A DNA stretch of 64,000 nt. Source: Candidatus Binatia bacterium. Lineage in GTDB: Bacteria > Desulfobacterota > Binatia > Bin18. Shown here one piece after another: positions 48,160-57,503 of this stretch (its first letter is position 1; the number at the start of each line of letters is the position of its first letter). Made by a program: the position numbers and the translations under genes. Where the stretch lies: the NCBI GenBank assembly GCA_963664395.2, contig OY761159.2:1088001-1152000 (forward strand), written 5' to 3'. The notes beneath the pieces were generated by a model that had not been told where the DNA came from, did not search any database, and saw only the letters and a list, made by a program, of their open reading frames with translations.

Positions 48160-49044
48160 TCAACGTGGATCGTTGGGGAGGCTGCGCTGAGTAAAGCCCA
48201 CTACCATACCAAAGGCTTGCTCCGGCCCGAGAATGATGGTGTCTGCGCCGTCCGGTTCGGGCCGGAGCTGCTTGTCTCTCAGAAAATCCTGGGCTTGGCC
48301 AAGGTCGGCAGTCTTGAATATCAGGGAATAAATGCCCTCACCGTTTTGCTCCAGCTCACGGCCTTCTGGACTGGTCGAAGAAAGAGGCTGGGCCAGTTCC
48401 ACGACCGTATCTTCACCAACGGCGACAAAGGCACTCTGCTTGCGACCCTCGGTGTGCTCCTCGTGGAGCAGGCTCCCGTCCAGAATGTCGCAATACAGCC
48501 GCTTAGCCGAAGGCAGGTCTCTGACAACGACACCGATGTGCGAGGCGCGCTGGATGCCGAGCGGATGCTGGCGCCAGGGGTCGCTTGACCAGCCCGGTTC
48601 CAGGCGTGGGTCGGCAATGTAATCGCCGGACAGGGCAAACTCCAGTTGGCCGGGTGTCTGTCTCGGATGCGTCCAAATGGCCGCCGTCTTGTATGGCGGC
48701 TGCACCTCTTTGCCGACAAGATTATAGAGCCGCAGGCCGGCCGTATCGAGCCGGGCGGAGATGGCCGCAACATCGTCCACATACCAGGCAATGGAGTGGA
48801 AGTGCTGTCCGAAACGCTCGTGAAATCTTTTCACCGACGGATTCCTGAGGTTCGCTACGCGGGCGGGCATCATCGGCTCCATGATGACGTCGCCGATGGC
48901 AATCAGGGAGGCATTACGGCCGGCCAGCTCTTCATAGCCGTTATAGAAGCGCGTGACGGAGAACACGTCGTCATACCACCGGTCAACGGCTTCGAGGTCG
49001 TCCACAACGTGGGTGAGATGAAACAGCTTGCCTATGGTGAACAT
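48160..49044 (-). CDS. VOC/glyoxalase superfamily protein (two domains)
   Basis: FHLTHVVDDL, HSIAWYVDD, HIGVVVRDL, VELAQP. Confidence 0.85.
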   Translation of the reverse strand: MFTIGKLFHLTHVVDDLEAVDRWYDDVFSVTRFYNGYEELAGRNASLIAIGDVIMEPMMPARVANLRNPSVKRFHERFGQHFHSIAWYVDDVAAISARLDTAGLRLYNLVGKEVQPPYKTAAIWTHPRQTPGQLEFALSGDYIADPRLEPGWSSDPWRQHPLGIQRASHIGVVVRDLPSAKRLYCDILDGSLLHEEHTEGRKQSAFVAVGEDTVVELAQPLSSTSPEGRELEQNGEGIYSLIFKTADLGQAQDFLRDKQLRPEPDGADTIILGPEQAFGMVVGFTQRSLPNDPR

Positions 49045-49061
49045 GGAGCCTCCTTTCAGCC

Positions 49062-49664
49062 TCAGAGAGAATTTAGAGCTCTCACCCGCCCGGCAAACGG
49101 TGCAAATCCGTTAGGACAGCGGGCTTCAAGTTTCTCCATATCAGTTCTTTTTGCTATCTCCGCATACATCGCTCTTGGACTGAGTTGAGAGCGAGCCTCA
49201 TTTCTCAAACTTTCACATCTGCTCTTGGGATCGTCCTCAGACTCAGGATTCGGTGAGAGATCAATATGCGTCCCTAACACCGCTGATAAGGCTTGCTCAT
49301 CGGCAAGCATCCAGGCATCAAAAGTCTTGATCGCCACGCCGAGCGCTCGCGGGAGCGGCAATCGGAGGTCGTCCTGAGCTCGGTCGAATTGCTGTTTCCT
49401 CTCCCTCTTACCGTCTTGGTCAATGACGAGAATAATCGCATCATACCCTTCGCGTTCAGCCAGACGAATCCAGCCCAAAGCCCGCTTCTCATAGCCATCA
49501 CCCTTCCCGGGCTGGAGATGTACACGAACTCGTGGGCTCTTCACTCTATCCCGATTAAAGATTACGTTTTCGCCGAGCAGTCTGCGCGACAGAACGACCA
49601 AGGCGCCTTCAAGATTGTCATCTCCCAATTCGTGTGCTCCTTCGGAGACAATGAGAATTCTCAT
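49062..49664 (-). CDS. TOPRIM-like (DUF4276-type) protein
   Basis: ILIVSEG..E at the N-terminus, IDQD (DxD), AWMLAD, P..F..F. ATGA overlap with the ATPase. Confidence 0.7.
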   Translation of the reverse strand: MRILIVSEGAHELGDDNLEGALVVLSRRLLGENVIFNRDRVKSPRVRVHLQPGKGDGYEKRALGWIRLAEREGYDAIILVIDQDGKRERKQQFDRAQDDLRLPLPRALGVAIKTFDAWMLADEQALSAVLGTHIDLSPNPESEDDPKSRCESLRNEARSQLSPRAMYAEIAKRTDMEKLEARCPNGFAPFAGRVRALNSL

Positions 49665-50866
49665 TTACTGGCTGCCACACGGGGAGGAGAGGTTTCGGCC
49701 AGAGCTTCATCACCTTCGGCTGTCCAGATCTCACCTAACGTGAATATGTCAATTTGTTCTTTGACAGTTCGGCTCTCGGAGAGCTGATGGACTACGACCG
49801 ACCCATCCTTTTCCTTATGACACAGAGAGACCTCGTCAGGCTGGAATTGATCAACAACATAGGGGGAATGTGTGGTGAGAATAATTTGCGTATGCCCTTG
49901 CTCAGTGATCAGTTCACGAAGAATCTGGAGCACATCCTGCAGGCGTTTGGGGTGAATACCATTCTCCGGTTCTTCGATAAGGAGAACACGGGGTGGGTAG
50001 GGTAAATATAAGATAGTGAGGTAGGCCAAAACCAGGAGCATCCCATCGGAAACCTGAGCGGCTGGAAGCTCTTGTTTGTTTTTTTTTAATCTGAAGTAGA
50101 GTCCTTTTCCGTCAGCGTGCTCAAGTATAGGAATCTGTTCCGGATCGTCGATTGGTCCGGTGAATGCCTGTTCCCGAATGAGCAGAATGGAATCTACTTC
50201 TGGAAAAATCCGCTTAAAATGGTTCTCCAGATTATCGAATTGTCGTCTGTCATAACCAAGAATGTCGTCCAGGCAGAGCGCTAATCCAAAACCGGTCGAT
50301 TCCATCCGAAACCGACGTTGAGATTGTGCGGCAACAGGCAGGGAGAGCAGTCTTGGCACCCAGCGGTACAGGTGAACCCCAGAGAAAACGTGGTAGAACT
50401 CTCTCGCGGCAGCGCGTTGCTCGTCAGACATTTGATTCGCGAATGCGTCGCCGTCACGTGTAGAGATGTCATACAACACAGTCCAAGAGATGGGTAAGTT
50501 CTTCCATACTGCTGGCTCCGACACGGGATCAAATTTTAATAGCTCTTCTTTGACTTTGACATTCCGCCCCTTTTGCGCGAATCGACATCCGAGCCGGTAT
50601 TTCCAATCTTTCTCCCCGGTATTCCCTTCTGCTTCAAGAGCAACGATCTGATCAATATCTCCTTTCCAGACCAAATCGGCTCCTTGCCAGGACCCAACAA
50701 ATGCTTGTGGCAGTTCATGATCCACACTTCGGCATAAAGAAGCGAGGGCTTCCAGGATGCTCGTCTTGCCAGAGTCGTTCGGGCCAATCAGGACATGTAT
50801 TGGCGTCAGGTCCAGCGTCACATCGCGCAGGGCTTTGTAGTTTTGGACCCGAAAACGGGTGATCAT
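49661..50866 (-). CDS. ABC/AAA_21-type ATPase
   Basis: Walker A GPNDSGKTS, signature VSDG, Walker B LLIEEPENGIHP, H-loop TTHSP. Confidence 0.92.
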   Translation of the reverse strand: MITRFRVQNYKALRDVTLDLTPIHVLIGPNDSGKTSILEALASLCRSVDHELPQAFVGSWQGADLVWKGDIDQIVALEAEGNTGEKDWKYRLGCRFAQKGRNVKVKEELLKFDPVSEPAVWKNLPISWTVLYDISTRDGDAFANQMSDEQRAAAREFYHVFSGVHLYRWVPRLLSLPVAAQSQRRFRMESTGFGLALCLDDILGYDRRQFDNLENHFKRIFPEVDSILLIREQAFTGPIDDPEQIPILEHADGKGLYFRLKKNKQELPAAQVSDGMLLVLAYLTILYLPYPPRVLLIEEPENGIHPKRLQDVLQILRELITEQGHTQIILTTHSPYVVDQFQPDEVSLCHKEKDGSVVVHQLSESRTVKEQIDIFTLGEIWTAEGDEALAETSPPRVAASK

Positions 50867-50938
50867 TTTCCGCTCCCTCGTATGGAATGGATTGGCTGCT
50901 TCCAGGATAACATGAGACCTCGCGCCGTACCCCTTTGC

Positions 50939-51397
50939 TCAGTCGTTATTGGCCCAGCTCTCTTCGTAGTTCGTGCTCATGCGGCCACGCGCGCGGAGGT
51001 GCTGTATCTTCCACTCTCCGTTCACTTTGACGTAATCGTCTTCATAGCGCGCCGCCAGCCACTTGGCCTGATTGTTCTTATAGAACGTGAACGGCCCAAA
51101 GAAATACCAGATACCTGTGGCCCGCTCGCCATCGATTTTGATGATCGGGTTCATCACCTGGTGCTGGGAGAAACTGATCAGCGTCTGGAATTTTTTGAAC
51201 AGCTCGCGAATGGCCGCATGGCCCTGGGCCTTGCCGAAACCAGCGCCTTCCCAGATACCGTCTTGGGCAAAAATCGTGGTGATGCGGTCCGGGTTGTGAT
51301 CGTCATCGCAAATATCACAATAAGTTGCCTTGAGCTGTTTGATGGCCTCAAGGTCCTCAATACGGGTTAATCTCTGTTCGAGTGCAGCTATATCCAT
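50939..51397 (-). CDS. SnoaL_4/LinA-like NTF2-fold protein
   Basis: LED.EAIKQLKA.YC..CD, H...NP.I.IDGE.ATG.W, Y.DDYVK..GEWKI. Confidence 0.87.
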   Translation of the reverse strand: MDIAALEQRLTRIEDLEAIKQLKATYCDICDDDHNPDRITTIFAQDGIWEGAGFGKAQGHAAIRELFKKFQTLISFSQHQVMNPIIKIDGERATGIWYFFGPFTFYKNNQAKWLAARYEDDYVKVNGEWKIQHLRARGRMSTNYEESWANND

Positions 51398-51424
51398 TGT
51401 CTTTCTCCTTCCCGTGTTTCAGAC

Positions 51425-53128
51425 TCAGTTCTCACCAGCCCGGAGCACCTGCCCCGGCAGGCCGCCGACATGTTCTCCCTCTTCGTACAGCACTTGTCCG
51501 TTCACAATCGTGTATATAATACCTTCCGACTGCGTCACGAGCCGACGCCCGCCACCGGGTAGATCATGGCGTACTTCCGGGCGTTCCGGAGAGCGAACGG
51601 TGGTCAGGTCAAAAATTGTGATGTCAGCCGCCATTCCGGGCTGCAGCAGGCCGCGCCGGGGAAGACCAAAATACTGCGCCGGCTCGGAGGTGATACGCTT
51701 CACCGCATGCTCCAGCGTAATCGCCTGTTTGTCGCGTACGAACGTGCCTAACAGATAGGTTGGATAGCCCGCGTTACACAGCATGTCGACGTGCGCACCA
51801 CCGTCAGAGATGCCAATCAGCGTACGTGGGTCGCTGAACTTCTTTGCCACCCGTTCCTCATTGATATCGAGCCGCGGCAGCATGTAGTCGAGCTGGAGCC
51901 CATCTTCAAGCGAGAGATCAAAGAAGGTGTCGAGTGGCGCCACGCCACGATCATGGGCTATCTGTGCGATCGTTTTCCACTCAAGCGCCTTGAGGGCGGG
52001 CTGCGTCGCCTCCTTCACCTGAGTATTCTTCCAGATGTCACGCAAAAGCGGGCGGTGTTCCAGGTCAACAGCAAACGCGCGGCGAAACTCCGCGTCCGCA
52101 TAGGTCCGCTTTTGATCTGCGAGCGAGGCATCACCGAATACCGGTTTCATCGAGCGCATACTGGCGAACAAGAACGGGTTGCGCAAATTAAACTCAACAG
52201 TCAGTGGCCGCACCGCAACTTGCGGGCGGCAACCGCGGGCGAGCAGCGGCGCAACCTGGTCCAGGGTATCAGTCCACGCTTCGGGTGCGTCATCCCGGTC
52301 GCGCAGATTGAGCCAGGTGACGGGCCGTCCGCTCTCCGTTGCGAGCAGCTCAAGCAGCGCGTATTCTTTTGCGGAAATCGTGCTCGGCTGTTTCGTCAGC
52401 GCAATTTCAATTGTGCCCCGACCCCGTTGTCCGAGCAGCCTGGAATAGGCCCGCAATTCAGCCTGGCTGGCCAAACGGCAGGCCAGCGGTTTCGCTTTGT
52501 AGCCGATATGCTGTGGCAGGACCGTGAGAGAGAAGCCCAGGGCGCCGGCGTCAAGCGCCTCGCCCAGCAGCGCGCTGATCTTGCCTGTTTCAACCTGTGT
52601 GGCCTCACGCTCCATAGCGTCGTCCCCCATGACGAACTGACGGAACGGAGACAGGGCGGCCAGGAATCCGACGTTGATACCAATCCCACGCCGAGCGGCC
52701 GCGTCCATATACTGCGGGAAACTTTCCCAGTCCCACGGCAGGCCCTGACTGAGGACCTCGTAGGGAATGGCCTCAACGTGGACAAGGTTCGAGGTCGCAA
52801 TATCGCGCTCCTCGGGCTTGCAGGGGGCCAGTCCGACACCGCAATTGCCCATGATCACGCTGGTCACGCCATGCCAGGATGAACAGGTGACGAGCGGGTC
52901 CCAACAGATTTGGGCGTCGTAGTGGGTATGCGGATCAATAAAGCCCGGCGCAACAATGAGATCTGAAGCGTCGATTACGCGCGCGGCCCCAGCCGTGATC
53001 CTGTCCGAGCCTTTGCCTATCTCGACGATACGACCAGCGTGGACTGCCAGGTCGGCACGAAAAGCGGGCTTCCCGCTCCCATCAACGACCGTTCCATTTT
53101 TTACGAGTAGATCGTATACCACTGCCAT
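51425..53128 (-). CDS. N-acyl-D-amino-acid deacylase family amidohydrolase
   Basis: PGFIDPHTHYDAQ, GVTSVIMGNCG, SDGGAH, ADITIFD. Confidence 0.92.
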   Translation of the reverse strand: MAVVYDLLVKNGTVVDGSGKPAFRADLAVHAGRIVEIGKGSDRITAGAARVIDASDLIVAPGFIDPHTHYDAQICWDPLVTCSSWHGVTSVIMGNCGVGLAPCKPEERDIATSNLVHVEAIPYEVLSQGLPWDWESFPQYMDAAARRGIGINVGFLAALSPFRQFVMGDDAMEREATQVETGKISALLGEALDAGALGFSLTVLPQHIGYKAKPLACRLASQAELRAYSRLLGQRGRGTIEIALTKQPSTISAKEYALLELLATESGRPVTWLNLRDRDDAPEAWTDTLDQVAPLLARGCRPQVAVRPLTVEFNLRNPFLFASMRSMKPVFGDASLADQKRTYADAEFRRAFAVDLEHRPLLRDIWKNTQVKEATQPALKALEWKTIAQIAHDRGVAPLDTFFDLSLEDGLQLDYMLPRLDINEERVAKKFSDPRTLIGISDGGAHVDMLCNAGYPTYLLGTFVRDKQAITLEHAVKRITSEPAQYFGLPRRGLLQPGMAADITIFDLTTVRSPERPEVRHDLPGGGRRLVTQSEGIIYTIVNGQVLYEEGEHVGGLPGQVLRAGEN

Positions 53129-53160
53129 TGCCTCCTTTTCTTTTGGCTCTGCCCGGTACT

Positions 53161-54951
53161 TTAATACTCACTGCCTGTGGCAAGAGAGAGTGCAGGTCTT
53201 TCCCCGAGCTGCCCGATGTGCCATTCGCGCGAGAGGTCCTGGGCACGCACCATGCGCGCATAGTAACCGTCATGGACCAGCAGACTCTCGTGCGTGCCCT
53301 GCTCCGCAATACGTCCGTTGGCGAGAACAACGATGAGATCCGCGTCGCGGATGGTGCTGAGACGATGGGCTATTGTCACGGTGGTGCGCTGCGCGGTGAG
53401 GCGCGAAATCGCTTCTTGGATCAGATGTTCGGTTTCGGTGTCCACCGAAGAGGTCGCCTCATCAAGGATCAAAATCGGGGCGTCTTTGAGCAGTGCCCGC
53501 GCAATGGACACGCGTTGCTTTTGCCCGGCGGATAATCGGACCCCGCGTTCCCCAATGAGGGTGTCATAGCCCTGGGGCAAGGCCAGGATGAATTCCTCTG
53601 CATTGGCCGCCCGAGCCGCGGCGTGCAGCTCAGCCTCCGAGGCGTCCGGTCGGCCAAAGAGGAGATTCTGGCGGACGCTGCCGTGGAAGAGAAAGACATC
53701 CTGCAGCACCATGGCAATATTGCCGCGCAGAAAGTCGAGCTCCAAAGACCGCACGTTGTGTCCGCCAACGCGGACAGAGCCGTGTTGTGGGTCGTAAAAG
53801 CGGGGGATGAGGTTGGTTGCCGTCGTTTTTCCCGCACCAGTCGTGCCAACCAACGCGACCATAGTCCCCGCGGCGACGGTGATGTTGATGGCGCTGAGGA
53901 CGGGCCGGGCCGGCTGATAGCCAAAGGTGACGTCTCGGAGCTCCACGTCCCACGTCATCCGGGCTGGCCGCACGCCGTGTGGTGGGCTGACAATATCGGG
54001 CTGGAGGTCGAGCAGCTCAAACACACGCTCCGAGCTGACCGCGGCTTTTTGGAGCGTGTCGTTGATATTGGCGAGTTGCAAGAAGGGTTGATAAATCTGG
54101 GTCAGATACACAATAAATACGAACAAATCAGCCGCACTCACACGACCGCCGAGCGCCATGGCACCACCCAGCAGCGCGATCAGCACCACCCCGACTCCGC
54201 TGGTGACTTCGATCACGCCGACCGGAACGAACGACAGGGTACTGGCCCGCAGCATATCGTCCCGCAGCCGTTTGCTGCGATTTTCGATCGCGTACGCCTG
54301 GAGCTTTTCCTGAACAAACGACTTGATCACCGTCACACCGGACAGGTTATCCTGGACCTGCGCGGTGAGGTCTTCGAGGCGCTGCCGTACCGGGCGCCAC
54401 TCGGTACGGACTTTTGAAACCGAGCGAAAGACTACCCAACTGGCTACCGGCAGCGGCAGGAGGGCAACCAGGGCGAGTTGCCAGTTCAGATAGAACAGGA
54501 CGCAGATCATGGCCGTCGGCAGAACAAAAGCGTTGATCGCTTCCGGAATCCCATGAGCGATAAAATCTTCGATGGCCTCAATGTCGTTGATCGAGCGGGC
54601 GATCAACCCTCCGGTGCGTTGCGTATGGAAAAAGCTGTGGGGCAGACTCTGCAGATGGGTATACACTCGGACCATGAGGCTGTGCAGGACATCGAAAGAC
54701 ACCTCGTGGGAGAAACGGCCATAGCCATACCGAAACAGCCCCCGCCCGATATACACCACCAGCAGCAGCCCGCTAATGCCGATTAAGGCCGGCAGCGTTC
54801 CGCCCCCTTCGGTGATCCACTGGATAATCCGGCGGATGAGCAGGGGCGGCACCAGACCGGTGCCGGCAAAGAGGAGACCGCAAGCGACCGCCATCATCAT
54901 TTTCTTTTGGCTTCCGCGCAACAATTGCAGCAGACTCAGCAGAACATGCAT
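53161..54951 (-). CDS. ABC exporter, fused TMD-NBD (MsbA-like)
   Basis: TM helices; GTTGAGKT, LSAGQKQR, LILDEATS, IAHRLST. Confidence 0.94.
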   Translation of the reverse strand: MHVLLSLLQLLRGSQKKMMMAVACGLLFAGTGLVPPLLIRRIIQWITEGGGTLPALIGISGLLLVVYIGRGLFRYGYGRFSHEVSFDVLHSLMVRVYTHLQSLPHSFFHTQRTGGLIARSINDIEAIEDFIAHGIPEAINAFVLPTAMICVLFYLNWQLALVALLPLPVASWVVFRSVSKVRTEWRPVRQRLEDLTAQVQDNLSGVTVIKSFVQEKLQAYAIENRSKRLRDDMLRASTLSFVPVGVIEVTSGVGVVLIALLGGAMALGGRVSAADLFVFIVYLTQIYQPFLQLANINDTLQKAAVSSERVFELLDLQPDIVSPPHGVRPARMTWDVELRDVTFGYQPARPVLSAINITVAAGTMVALVGTTGAGKTTATNLIPRFYDPQHGSVRVGGHNVRSLELDFLRGNIAMVLQDVFLFHGSVRQNLLFGRPDASEAELHAAARAANAEEFILALPQGYDTLIGERGVRLSAGQKQRVSIARALLKDAPILILDEATSSVDTETEHLIQEAISRLTAQRTTVTIAHRLSTIRDADLIVVLANGRIAEQGTHESLLVHDGYYARMVRAQDLSREWHIGQLGERPALSLATGSEY

Positions 54952-55111
54952 GGGCCTCCTTTTCCTCCTCACTTACCACATACAGGCGGAGGAATGGTAG
55001 CTGACGTTTCTCTTTTAACAAAAGAACAAATCGGTTAGGACAAGTGAAGACACTGTGTTCGTCGAAGAACACACTCACCCGTAGGCACTGTATGAGAAAG
55101 GGAGCAGCAGC

Positions 55112-55990
55112 ATGACAGCCGACCAGACGTATGACATCGATGTAGAAGACGTTGAATATATCCGTCACGGGGACAAGCCTTTACTGGCACGTTTGTTCAA
55201 GCCGCGCGGGCCAGGGCCGTTTCCAGCCATTATCGAACTCCACGGTGGAGCCTGGTGTTTAGGCGACCGGCTGATGGACGTCGCCATCAACGAACCCCTG
55301 GCAAAAAGTGGTGTGGTCGTGGCCGCACTCGATTTCCGGGTGCCGCCCGAAGCCTCGTATCCCGGCTCACTGGCTGACATCAACTACGCCATCCGCTGGT
55401 TCAAGACGCAGGCCACGGAGTTTGGCAGCCGCCCGGACCTCGTGGGCGTATTGGGCAGCTCCAGTGGTGCCCACCAGGCTATGCTGGCTGGCATGCGACC
55501 GACCGATGCCAGATACGCAGCGCTGCCACTGCCGGCACTCTCCGGTGGAGCGCCGGACGTTGATGCGAGTCTGGGCTGCGTCGTCCTGTGCTGGCCGGTT
55601 ATTGATCCGTTGGCGCGTTATCACTATGCCAAGAAGTTGAAAGCGGGTGGGAAACCCTACCCCGATTTAATAGACCTGGTGCTGCCCCTGCACGACAAGT
55701 ACTGGAAGACTGAAGAGGCCATGGCCGAGGGCAACCCGGTGCTTGCCCTGGAACGCGGCGAGCAAGTCGAACTGCCGCCGGCACTCTACATACAAGGCAC
55801 CAACGACCGAGCCCATCCCCGGCCTGACCTTGACCGTTTTGTCGAACACTACCGCAAGGCTGGCGGGCAGGTCGCTCTGGAGCTGTACGAGGGTGAGGCG
55901 GAGGGGTTTATTATCAGGAATCCATCTTCACCGGCTTCCGAACAGGCGCTTGAGAAAATCATCGCATTCGTCCACGCACAGCTCCGCTAA
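55112..55990 (+). CDS. Alpha/beta hydrolase (HSL-like esterase)
   Basis: HGGAW, GSSSG, QGTND. Confidence 0.88.
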   Translation: MTADQTYDIDVEDVEYIRHGDKPLLARLFKPRGPGPFPAIIELHGGAWCLGDRLMDVAINEPLAKSGVVVAALDFRVPPEASYPGSLADINYAIRWFKTQATEFGSRPDLVGVLGSSSGAHQAMLAGMRPTDARYAALPLPALSGGAPDVDASLGCVVLCWPVIDPLARYHYAKKLKAGGKPYPDLIDLVLPLHDKYWKTEEAMAEGNPVLALERGEQVELPPALYIQGTNDRAHPRPDLDRFVEHYRKAGGQVALELYEGEAEGFIIRNPSSPASEQALEKIIAFVHAQLR

Positions 55991-56018
55991 ATCCGCTAAA
56001 GAAGATGGGCTACTCCAG

Positions 56019-57446
56019 ATGACAACCTCTGATTTCGTGCAGTTGGGCATTGCTGACGTGGTCGGCCTGATTCGGGCCCGCCAGCTCTCGCCGCTGGAAC
56101 TCGTTCAGTCCTCCCTCAACCGCATCGAGTCGCTCAATCCTTCCTTGAATGTCTACCTCACCGTCATGGCGGACGCAGCGCGTGCTGCCGCCAGCGCTGC
56201 GGAACAAGCTGTGACTGCGGGAGACGCAGTAGGGCCACTCCACGGCGTTCCCATTGCGCTGAAGGACAACTGCGAAGTCGCCGGGGTGCGGATGACAGGG
56301 GGGAATACCTTCTTGAGAGATCACGTGGCGACCGCCGATGCCGAGGTCGTCGCGCGCCTGCGCCGGGCGGGCGCCATTATTCTGGGCAAGCTCAATATGC
56401 ATGAGTGGGCCATTGGCGGCACGACGCGCAATCCGCACTATGGCCCGTGTCATAATCCCTGGGATCCCACACGCATTCCCGGCGGTTCCAGTGGGGGCTC
56501 GGGCGCTGCCGTTGCTGCGGATATGGCGTTGGTAACACTAGGCACGGATACGGGCGGGTCGGTGCGTATTCCAGCTGCGCTGAACGGCGTCTGCGGTCTT
56601 CGGCCTACAATGGGTCGAGTCAGCAATCGGGGCGTAATCCCGGTCAGTTGGACCTTTGACACGGTTGGTCCGCTGGCCCGACGGGCAGAAGACATCGCGC
56701 GTGTGCTCCAAGTCCTGGCCGGCTATGATCCGCACGATTTGACTTCTCTCGATCAGCCGGTCGGGAATTATCTGGCCGAACTCAACGACGGAGTCAAGGG
56801 CTGGCGCGTAGGATTACTCGGCGGACATTTCCGGACAGAGCCCCAGCCGGCGGTGGTGACGCTCGTCACGCAAGCGGCCCGTGTGTTTGAAGAGCTGGGG
56901 GCTAACGTAGAAGAGGTGGAGCTGGACGGCGCAGCAGGGACGATTGAACGCGCGAGTGAAATGCTCCTGGCTGATGCCGCAGCGTTTCACCAGGCGCGGC
57001 TTGCGGAGCGAGCGGAAAGTTTCGGACCGGACGTACGGACGCGGTTACAGATTGGCGCCCTGGTCAGCGGCAGCCAGTATGCCCTCGCCCGCCAGGAGCA
57101 GCGCCGCTGGCAACGCCAGCTCAATCAGACCTTCGAGCGCTACGATATCCTCCTGGCACCGACCTGTGGCATTCCGGCTCCGCTTATTGAAGAAAGCGAG
57201 GGGGTAGAGACAACTCGACTCCTGACCCGTTTCACCTATCCATTCAGTTTAGCCCAAGTGCCGGTGCTGAGCGTGCCGTGCGGATTTACGGAAGGCCGGC
57301 TACCGGTTGGCATGCAACTCATAGCCCCGGCCTGGGCGGAAGCCGGTCTCCTGCGCGCAGCGCATTCCTATCAGCAGGTCACAGACTGGCATCTACAGCG
57401 GCCTCCCATCAAAACCCAGCCGTCAAAGGCAGAGACCTCCATCTGA
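56019..57446 (+). CDS. Amidase signature enzyme
   Basis: LHGVPIALKD, GKLNMHE, GGSSGGS, GTDTGGSVRIPA. Start set at ATG 56019. Confidence 0.94.
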   Translation: MTTSDFVQLGIADVVGLIRARQLSPLELVQSSLNRIESLNPSLNVYLTVMADAARAAASAAEQAVTAGDAVGPLHGVPIALKDNCEVAGVRMTGGNTFLRDHVATADAEVVARLRRAGAIILGKLNMHEWAIGGTTRNPHYGPCHNPWDPTRIPGGSSGGSGAAVAADMALVTLGTDTGGSVRIPAALNGVCGLRPTMGRVSNRGVIPVSWTFDTVGPLARRAEDIARVLQVLAGYDPHDLTSLDQPVGNYLAELNDGVKGWRVGLLGGHFRTEPQPAVVTLVTQAARVFEELGANVEEVELDGAAGTIERASEMLLADAAAFHQARLAERAESFGPDVRTRLQIGALVSGSQYALARQEQRRWQRQLNQTFERYDILLAPTCGIPAPLIEESEGVETTRLLTRFTYPFSLAQVPVLSVPCGFTEGRLPVGMQLIAPAWAEAGLLRAAHSYQQVTDWHLQRPPIKTQPSKAETSI

Positions 57447-57503
57447 CGTACGCCGAGCCCTTTCCTTGTCTATGCTCTGCCCTACACCATTAAGGAGAAC
57501 ACC

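Noticed and set aside
50079-50087. A9 tract in the ATPase gene as a phase-variation switch
   Set aside because: The gene is in frame, and Lys-rich codons in an AT-rich gene explain the tract. There is no evidence of length variation without reads.
55743-56018. 92-aa N-terminal extension of the amidase (similar extensions at 1566, 5239, 29193, 38244)
   Set aside because: These extensions overlap neighbouring genes and lack family similarity. Downstream starts fit the family N-termini better.
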